Assembly: GCF_006345805.1 (NCBI RefSeq)
Contig: NW_021828927.1
Coordinates: 1-7,504, forward strand
DNA: 7,504 bases
From: Octopus sinensis
Taxonomy: Eukaryota
Direction: 5' to 3'
In this document: positions 1-6,321 of the stretch, in pieces
How the letters are laid out: every line of letters starts with the position of its first letter
How positions within the stretch are numbered: position 1 is the stretch's first letter
Program-made: the position numbers and the translations under genes
The notes under the pieces: generated by a model
What the model was told of the DNA's origin: nothing
Database searches by the model: none
The model's input: only the letters and a program-made list of their open reading frames with translations

Positions 1-188
1 TTTGATTAAAAACACGGGAATTCTAAGTACAAGTTTGTCAACACAACACAACTTCAAAAAAAATTTCATTATATAGCAATATAAATAGTTTTTTTTGGTG
101 TTGTTTGTTTGTGTCAGTGTGTTTCTGTATGTTTTTCAACATAGAGACAGCACATACTTAAAAAAAAATGACTCATTTTAATGACAGG

Positions 189-296
189 TTGTTGTTGAGA
201 GAGAAATTCAGTGAGAGAGAGAGAGAGAGAGAGTATATGTGTGTGAAAGATAGAAGAAAAATTTATTTTGAGAAGAAAGCATTGTTGTTGAGTGAG

Positions 297-337
<41 letters not shown>

Positions 338-356
338 GTGAGTGTGTGTGAAAGAT
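189..356. repeat. Diverged tandem duplication, each copy containing a (GA)n microsatellite
   Basis: TTGTTGTTGAG(A/T)GAGAAAT..AG-(GA)n-...GTGTGTGAAAGAT occurs at 189-251 and again at 282-356. Confidence 0.75.
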
Positions 357-578
357 GGATAGGTAGACTGTTGTTACCATAGTAACTAATGAAACTTTCA
401 CTACATAACCCTCTACTATTAAAATATGGTACATGCATAATGAACAAATATCTTTACCTGCAGTGTAGTGACAAATAAAGACCTAATATTTCTAATAGAT
501 ATATTGTGTTGGTGACTATCAAACTTCAAATGTATGGCTTGTGTTAAAATCAGAAGTGATTTTATACATACACAAACT

Positions 579-581
<3 letters not shown>

Positions 582-635
<54 letters not shown>
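582..635. repeat. (AT)n microsatellite
   Basis: Perfect AT dinucleotide run. Confidence 0.98.
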
Positions 636-636
<1 letters not shown>

Positions 637-638
<2 letters not shown>

Positions 639-860
639 ACACAACTTATAAACAAGGGCAAAAGAAAAACAATTCTAATGCCAAATATGCCGAAAATAGA
701 CAACTCGTCAATAACCATATAATTTATCACTATAAGCACGCATCTCGAAGTAAGCCGACAGAAATTTCTAAAAAATTCCGTTATTATTGTATTGGTCCCA
801 ATTTCAGAGTTAATTCATAACAATTTTCTCCTCATCAGCATTAAATACGGTAAGAAATAT
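637..860 (-). mobile_element. Putative Penelope-like/retrozyme-like fragment E1 (hammerhead plus about 150-nt downstream tail), bounded by TA runs
   Basis: Non-repetitive block between two (TA)n tracts that carries a complete type I HHR. The PLE assignment rests on the known HHR-PLE association; no RT or GIY-YIG sequence is visible. Confidence 0.5.
778..850 (-). ncRNA. Type I hammerhead ribozyme HHR-A, core intact
   Basis: Minus strand reads CCGUAUUUAAUG-CUGAUGA-GGAG(aaaauuguuaugaauuaa)CUCU-GAAA-UUGGGACCAA-UA^-CAAUAAUAACGG. Stem I pairs 9 of 12, stem II has 4 bp plus an AAUU/AAUU extension, stem III is the near-palindrome AUUGG(GA)CCAAU, and the triplet is AUA. Predicted cleavage is between 790 and 789. 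Confidence 0.85.
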
Positions 861-882
861 ATATCAATATATATATATATAT

Positions 883-1100
883 AATTATAATAATAATAAT
901 TAATTCTTTAATTTTAATAATAATAATGACAACAAAAGAATGAGACCTCGATATTAGGTAAATGGGATTACTTATATATCTATAGTTTAGGACAAACAGT
1001 AAGTTATCATAGCACTCGGTTTCAAATGCCAGTGCGAAGAACTATGATGCATTTTTGTCAGCTATTAATGGCAATAGATGCTATGAAAACTGTTAAATAA
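883..1100 (-). mobile_element. Putative PLE/retrozyme-like fragment E2 containing degenerate HHR-B
   Basis: Same layout as E1: TA run (about 860-882), about 130-nt tail, then a reverse-complement HHR. The right boundary is uncertain. Confidence 0.35.
1006..1069 (-). ncRNA. Degenerate type I hammerhead HHR-B, probably inactive
   Basis: Minus strand reads AUUAAUAG-CUGACAA-AAAUGC(19 nt)GCAUUU-GAAA-CCGAG-UG-CUAUGAU. A perfect 6-bp stem II lies exactly between the core boxes, and stem I is AUAG/CUAU plus 3 bp past a bulge. Deviations are G8>A, a G at the cleavage position and a 3-nt stem III loop. Confidence 0.6.
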
Positions 1101-1199
1101 AAGGGAAGTTACTCTAATAGGTAGAAAAAAAATAAAAGATAAAAGAATACATGCAGCCATATTCTCACAATACATAGACATAAAACCTCCTGCGTTAAT

Positions 1200-1392
1200 G
1201 TCTACATACATACACACTCACACAAACATGTGCTGTACGTACTCATATACACATATCCATGCACACGTATACATACATATATATATATATATATGTATCT
1301 GTGCACGCAACTTCATCCTCATATACACACAGGTGTCTGCTCGCATACATATATATTTAAACATTTATACATACAAACATATATATATATAC
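1200..1392. repeat. Compound (CA)n/(TA)n/(TACA)n low-complexity tract
   Basis: Interrupted dinucleotide and tetranucleotide runs; source of the IYIYIY/HTHT ORFs. Confidence 0.9.
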
Positions 1393-1448
1393 ATAGAAAT
1401 ATTAAAATTACTAAGTCCCTCTAAAGGAGATTACGGCAGCATTGCTGG

Positions 1449-1835
1449 ATATTAATAGTTATCGCCATACTAATATGGCAGTCTATAAATATAAGACTAA
1501 AGCTGTCGCTGGTTAGCTCCAAGAGGCTACCGCCTCTAGCTAGCTATATGACACACGAACCTGCGTCCATTACAACCTTCGAACCGGGGAGGTCAGCCGC
1601 TTCACCTTGCTAGTCAGACATCTGCAGACATGTTTCAGGGTTGTTGCTCTTTATCAATGCAGTGTAGTCAGACTCAGCAAGTGTCGCTACTGACCATCTG
1701 TTCGAAGGTTGTAATGGACGCAGGTTCGTGTGTCATATAGCTAGCTAGAGGCAATGGCCTCTTGGAGCTAATCAGCGACAGCTTTAGTCTTATATTTATA
1801 GACTGCCATATTAGTATGGCGATAACTATTAATAT
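1449..1835. repeat. Fold-back element E3: 136-bp inverted arms 1449-1584 and 1700-1835 around an imperfectly self-complementary centre
   Basis: The arms match at 132 of 136 positions with no indels, and all 4 differences are transitions. The inner 1585-1621 and 1663-1699 segments also pair imperfectly. The unique sequence at 1393-1448 has no partner on the right. Confidence 0.95.
1622..1662 (-). ncRNA. Minimal type I hammerhead HHR-C with mutated core
   Basis: Minus strand reads CUGCA-UUGAUAA-AGAG(caacaa)CCCU-GAAA-CAUG-UC^-UGCAG. Stem I is a perfect 5 bp, stem II pairs 3 of 4, stem III is the palindrome ACAUGU, and the triplet is GUC. The core differs from CUGAUGA by C3>U and G8>A. The cleavage position is between 1627 and 1626. 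Confidence 0.8.
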
Positions 1836-1844
1836 ATATATATA

Positions 1845-2066
1845 CAGTTGCAGCCAAAATGTTCAGAACGGCATTGTTTCCGTCAGAAAAGTAGGTATAA
1901 TTTTTTATCAAAGTTGTTTTATATTCTATAATTTTCACAAACAATAAATACGATATTAATTGTTATTGTTTGAGATTTTGGTGTAATTTGAGAGGATAAT
2001 ACAAAAGTTATGGATGATTTAGTGATTTACTGCAAAACCCATGGTGGCCAAAATGATCAGAACAGT
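1845..2066 (+). repeat. Left terminal inverted repeat (222 bp) with outer and inner direct repeats
   Basis: About 15 mismatches (about 93% identity) to the reverse complement of 3251-3472. Outer DR is GCAGCCAAAATGTTCAGAACGG and inner DR is GTGGCCAAAATGATCAGAACAG. Confidence 0.95.
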
Positions 2067-2187
2067 AGCTTTTACTCCCATGTTTTAGTATATTTAACCG
2101 GCGAACTGTAATGTTTTGAATTTGTTTACGTGACGGTTCGTTTACTAAACATTAGTAAGAATATCTGCAGTGTACTTTGTTAATATA

Positions 2188-3202
2188 ATGCCACTTACTC
2201 CGTTACCAATTCGTCAGCAGATTATTAAGCTTCGAAAGAAGGATAATTTAAGTATTGGGTCTATTGCAAAGATTGTTAACAAGTCAAAAAGTGTTGTTCA
2301 CGGTATTCTTAAGGTCTACAATGATTGTGGTTCGTGTGAAGCAAGAAAGTCTACAGGTAGGCCAAGAAAAACGACCAAGAGAGAAGATCGTGTTATGATA
2401 AAGTTGGTTAAAAAGGACAGATTTAAAACTGTTGCTGCTGCTTCTCGGGAAATGAGCATTGTACTAAAGAAAACTTTATCTCGAAAAACTGTATCTCATC
2501 ATTTAGTTGAATGTGACCTACAAGCAAGAGCACCTGCAGTGAAGCCACTGATCAGGTCCAAGAATAAAGTGTCGTCTTACCTTTGCAACCGAACATGTAT
2601 TGTGGTCTCAAGAAAAAGGGCAAACAGTGCATTTCAGTGATGAATCTAAGTTTATGTTATTTGGCTCAGATGGGAAAAGGTACATTCATTGAAAAGTAGG
2701 TGAAAAATTGTCGTCTAAATGCCTTAAGACTAGTGTTAAATTCGGTGGAGGAAGTGTCATGGTTTGGGAGATGATATCTGGAGATGGTGTGGGCCCTTTG
2801 GTGTGATTACATGGAAAGTTAAATGCAGGAGTTTATAAATAACTTGTAAAAGATCATGTCTTGCCTGTGCTGAGAAATTAAACTAAGCGACCACCCATAT
2901 TCATGCTGGACAATGCCCCATGTCACAAGGCTAAGGTGGTCATGAACTTCCTCAAGGCTGAAAAGGTTATTGTTATGGATTGGCCTGCTCAAATCCCAGA
3001 TCTCAATCCTATTGAAAATGTGTGGAATATTCTAGGAGAACGTTTGAAAGCCAGAAATCCTAAAACAACTGAGCAATTATGGAATGCCCTTCAGGAAGAA
3101 TGGAATAAGATCACCCAGAAAGAAATTGAAAATTTAATTTCCTCATGCAGTCGAAGATGTCAAAGTGTGATTGAAGCTAAAGGGCTTCACACTAAATATT
3201 AA
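2188..3202 (+). pseudogene. Tc1 DD34E transposase pseudogene
   Basis: N-terminal HTH region and GRPRK motif, then FSDESKF (D at 2639), GGGSVMVW, DNAPCH (D at 2909), and WPAQIPDLNPIENVW (E at 3014, 34 residues after the second D). Disrupted by a frameshift near 2569 and in-frame stops at 2690, 2804, 2840 and 2879. Confidence 0.97.
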
Positions 3203-3250
3203 ATAATTTCAGTATTCTCTGTCGTTTTTGATTATTTTGTTATTTTTTCA

Positions 3251-3472
3251 ACCGTTATGATCATTTTCGCTGCCATGGGTTTTGCAGTAAATCACTAAAT
3301 CATCCATAACTTTTGTTTTATCCTCTCAAATTACACCCAAATCTCAGACAATAACAAATAATATCGTTTTTATTGTCTGTAAAAATTATAGAATATAAAA
3401 CAACTTTGATAAAAAATTATACCTACTTTTCTGACGAAAACAATGCCGTTCTGAACATTTTGGCCACAACTG
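3251..3472 (-). repeat. Right terminal inverted repeat (222 bp)
   Basis: Reverse complement of 1845-2066, followed by TA. Confidence 0.95.
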
Positions 3473-3623
3473 TATATATAAATAAAAATTAGAGAAAAAC
3501 CACTATTATGCAATTAAAACAATGATAGACATAAACCAAATCATAAATAACAAATAGAATATAATTTTTAAAACATATAACTAGATCACAAAAAGTGCAA
3601 AAATGAATATAATAAGTAAAAAA

Positions 3624-3707
3624 AACTACGTATGTTTCATGGCTACAATTAAATTCAAATTTAATCGAAAATCAATTCAATTTATAATTATAGTCACTCT
3701 TCAGGTT
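3624..3707 (-). ncRNA. Minimal type I hammerhead HHR-D, core intact, with a long stem II
   Basis: Minus strand reads AAC-CUGAAGA-GUGACUAUAAUU(35 nt, further hairpin ending in a UUUCG loop)AAUUGUAGCCAU-GAAA-C(AUAC)G-UA^-GUU. Stem II pairs 11 of 12, stem III is 2 bp with a tetraloop, and the triplet is GUA, but stem I is only 3 bp. Predicted cleavage is between 3627 and 3626. Confidence 0.72.
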
Positions 3708-4021
3708 AATAATAACAATAATAGTTAAATAAAAAAGCAAATAGAATTAAACAATATTTATTTAAAAAAATAAATGATTTTTTTTTTCTTATAGAAGAAA
3801 TTCCATTAATTAAATTTGAAACTTAAAACATTAGGACCAGTTGCCTACAATACATTTATGTTAAATATTTAAGGTAAAAAATAGAGTACATAGATAGAAA
3901 AATGTATTTATCTGTGAAGATATAATTTAGCTGAATAAAAAACATTACTAAACTATAGACTATCATTAACCTAGCTATACTCTAATATTTAATTACCAAA
4001 CTATTTTACAAAACAATCACT

Positions 4022-4511
4022 TAATATTTTTAGATTTTAGTTCACATATAATAATTATAAAATAATAGATATATAAAAACATGTATCTAAATTATAATCA
4101 ACAAATATAGTAATTAAACATCTATATTTTTTCTATCAATAAACATATAAAAAATGAATAAATTACTCGATTATAACTTACATAAATATTATAGATATCT
4201 TTAGAAAATATTTATGAAATAAAAAATACGATGAAAAATTCCAAAGGTAAAAATGTATAACTTATCCTTTATAAAATACTTATTATTATTATTATTATTA
4301 TTATTAAATGTAATAGTACTAGAAATATAATAAGAACTTTTAGTTAAACTAAAACATTTTTACAATCTAAATCACAAAGTGACAAACTAATATTTTACAA
4401 TTTACGTTCAGATATAATAATTACAAAATAATAATAATTAAATAAATGTACGTATCTAAATTATCATTTACAAATTAAAAAAAATTAGAAATTCATATTT
4501 AACAATCAATA
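4022..4511. repeat. Diverged about 120-bp direct repeat (4022-4141 and 4388-4511) inside E4
   Basis: Collinear shared blocks: ATATAATAATTA(T/C)AAAATAATA at 4046 and 4412, GTATCTAAATTAT at 4083 and 4452, and ATCAATA at 4135 and 4505. Confidence 0.7.
4280..4305. repeat. (TTA)n microsatellite
   Basis: Perfect trinucleotide run. Confidence 0.95.
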
Positions 4512-4817
4512 CTTATATAGAGTACATTAATATTTCTTAAATAAAAATGTCTACTTTTTTTACTTATCATATATTGATTATTCATTTTTGTACCTTTTGT
4601 GATCTAGTTATATGTTTTAAAAATTATATTTTATTTTTTATTTATGATTTGGTTTTTGTCTGTCATTGTTTGAATTGCATAATAGTGGTTTTTCTCTAAT
4701 TTATATATCATATATTTATGTTTTGAAATTTGATTTAATACTAAATTGAATTTTTCTCTGTAAGTTTGGAGTTATACTCCCTAATATTATTATTATTATA
4801 TATATATTGCGTATATA

Positions 4818-4963
4818 GGTGCAGATGAGGGCAGCTGCATCGAACTCTCTCATGCACCAAATGGCAATTGCTAAAAAGCATTCATGAAGTAAAATCATGT
4901 AGCAACACCAAATGGCGGTGCCCCAGCATGGCCACAGCTTGTGAGCTGAAACTAGAAAAATAA
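4818..4963 (+). mobile_element. 5'-truncated retroposon 3' end (octopus-type SINE/LINE tail)
   Basis: Ends GGCGGTGCCCCAGCATGGCCACAGC...GCTGAAACTAGAAAAATAA, homologous to the SINE tail at about 6050-6105. Flanked by TA runs, with an internal CACCAAATGGC repeat at 4855 and 4906. Confidence 0.65.
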
Positions 4964-4980
4964 TATATATATATATATAG

Positions 4981-5001
4981 CAGGCATACATTCACACTCC
5001 C

Positions 5002-5043
<42 letters not shown>

Positions 5044-5061
5044 GCATACATTCACACTCCC

Positions 5062-5092
<31 letters not shown>
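4981..5092. repeat. Exact tandem duplication with 60-bp period: 30-bp unit plus (TA)n
   Basis: CAGGCATACATTCACACTCCCATATATACA-(TA)n at 4981 and 5041. Confidence 0.95.
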
Positions 5093-5103
5093 CACATGCC
5101 TAA

Positions 5104-5642
5104 ATTCAAGAACTGAAATTAGCCACTCATAATAAAAAGGAATACTGGTTGAATGTCCCAGTGAAGGGCTCAATAAAATGTAAGCACAACAGTCTTGATA
5201 TGATGATTTCTGCAGTTACTCTATCCAGATTAGAAGTTCAGGTTTATACCTGTAATTACTGGGGCCCTGGAATATGTAACACACTGCCTAAATACCACTC
5301 TTGAGAAATTAGGCTTCTCAAAACCAGAAAGGAGAAGGCTAAGTCGATGACTACAGATCTAGTCCATCACTGGAACTGTAAAAATCTGTAAAACTTTCCA
5401 GAAGTTGATCATTTAAATATATATGATCATGTCTAGATACGCAACTATATGCATGAGAATACTTTTATAAAACATAAAAATCTGCACATACATACATACA
5501 AAAATACCATTGTTGATGTTGAAATTCCAATGAAGGAGCCTTGAATCTAGGTTGGAAACTGGTTCTTTCTTCGTTGGCAAGAAATCCTGAAATAAACTGA
5601 ATAATGACATACATACATACATACACACATGCATACATACAT
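5104..5642 (+). mobile_element. 3' fragment of an RLE-type (R4/Dong-like) non-LTR retrotransposon: endonuclease C-terminus, probable 3' UTR and (TACA)n tail
   Basis: KKEYWLNVPVKGSIKCKHNSLDMMI resembles the PD motif region. After a deletion/frameshift near 5208 the frame reads LQLLYPD*KFRFIPVITGALEYVTHCLNTTLEKLGFSKPERRRLSR*LQI*SITGTVKICKTFQKLII* (stop 5414-5416), matching the typical ..IPV.IGALG....L.KLG.....LQ...I.GT.KI RLE C-terminus. Assigning 5417-5642 as 3' UTR and tail is inference. Confidence 0.75.
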
Positions 5643-5813
5643 AGGCTTGTAATTATAGTAACTAAGGGAGCATATTCCATACATTTTTAATAGATATGGT
5701 GATGGAAAATGGACAGAAGGTTAGAAAAGTAGGAACACCACTCTCCTGAAATTATTAATGAAAATTACTTAAATGTGAAACATACTGGATAATACTTAAT
5801 ATTAGTGAAACAT

Positions 5814-6108
5814 GCAGGCATGGCTGTATGGTTAAGGTTTGCTTTGCAACTACATGGTTTCAGATTCAGTATCACTGTGCAGTCTTTGACTGACCAATAC
5901 ATTGTGAGTGAGTTTGTTAGATGGAAACTATGTGGAAGCCTGTTGTATGTGTGTGTCTGTTTGGCTGAAGAGACAGATATAATAAGTACCAAGCTTTAAA
6001 TTAGCAAAAGTACTGGGTTTGATTTGTTCATCTGAAACCCTTCAAGTCAGTGCCCTAGCATGGCTACAGTCTGATGACTAAAACAAGTAAATTGATAAAA
6101 GAATAAAG
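5814..6108 (+). mobile_element. Decayed tRNA-derived SINE (octopus-type)
   Basis: A-box-like TGGCTGTATGG at 5821, degenerate B-box-like GATTCAGTATC near 5874, internal (GT)n, then GTGCCCTAGCATGGCTACAG...AAACAAGTAA and an A-rich tail. Confidence 0.75.
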
Positions 6109-6280
6109 TATTAATACATTTTAAAATTACATGAATAGACATGTTATTGTTCAGCTGATATGGGTGGGAGTGAGAGAACCGCAATAACATGGAGTATTAC
6201 ATATTGAATATTACATATTTAAAGAAACAGGCTATCAATAAAATTATCATTCGTATCTTTGTGTGAGTGTGTGTGTAGTT

Positions 6281-6318
6281 CAGCCCTGCCAGCATGGAAA
6301 GCGGATGTTAAATGATGA
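6281..6318 (+). mobile_element. Short 3' tail of a second retroposon family
   Basis: CCCTGCCAGCATGGAAAGCGGATGTTAAATGATGA, a CCAGCATGG-type tail ending in (TGA)n. Recognised from memory of octopus repeats. Confidence 0.5.
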
Positions 6319-6321
6319 GAG

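Larger units (their letters stand above)
1845..3472 (+). mobile_element. Full-length (1628 bp) non-functional Tc1-family DNA transposon of IR/DR type
   Basis: TA|CAGTTG...CAACTG|TA ends, 222-bp terminal inverted repeats, and an internal DD34E transposase pseudogene. Confidence 0.97.
3486..4702 (-). mobile_element. Element E4: inverted arms 3486-3625 and 4555-4702 enclosing HHR-D and an about 850-bp extremely AT-rich body; probably PLE-related and non-autonomous
   Basis: The arms align with 7 substitutions over about 124 bp plus an about 9-nt indel near the inner end. HHR-D abuts the left arm. I recognised no coding remnant in the body. Confidence 0.7.

Noticed and set aside
545-564. TAAAATCA-GAAG-TGATTTTA hairpin, plus a nearby isolated minus-strand CAG|GTAAAG donor near 457
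   Set aside because: Short AT-rich stems and lone splice-like motifs are expected by chance in this composition.
808-849. Apparent 42-nt + strand mini-exon (TTTCAG|...|GTAAGA) with one open frame
   Set aside because: The sequence is fully explained as the reverse complement of HHR-A: TTTCAG is the GAAA junction. No neighbouring exons are evident.
1449-1835. All four E3 arm mismatches are transitions, a possible fossil of A-to-I editing
   Set aside because: There are only four sites, they go in mixed directions, and ordinary transition bias explains them.
3720-4554. Mitochondrial control-region NUMT
   Set aside because: No mitochondrial tRNA, rRNA or coding fragments are visible; AT richness alone is insufficient.
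1449-4702. Reading E3 and E4 as ordinary MITEs
   Set aside because: I see no recognisable superfamily termini or clear target-site duplications, the arms are asymmetric with extra sequence on one side, and their geometry is tied to hammerhead motifs. Not fully excluded without copy alignments.
5250-5586. Two apparent minus-strand exons (5508-5586 and about 5250-5385) with AG/GT ends
   Set aside because: 5250-5385 is antisense to the RLE-LINE coding remnant and has stops in all frames. 5508-5586 lies in the inferred LINE 3' UTR.
3431-6077. Other CTGANGA motifs at 3431, 5965 and 6071 (+ strand)
   Set aside because: None has a stem II followed by GAAA, stem III and UH. They lie in the Tc1 TIR and the SINE.
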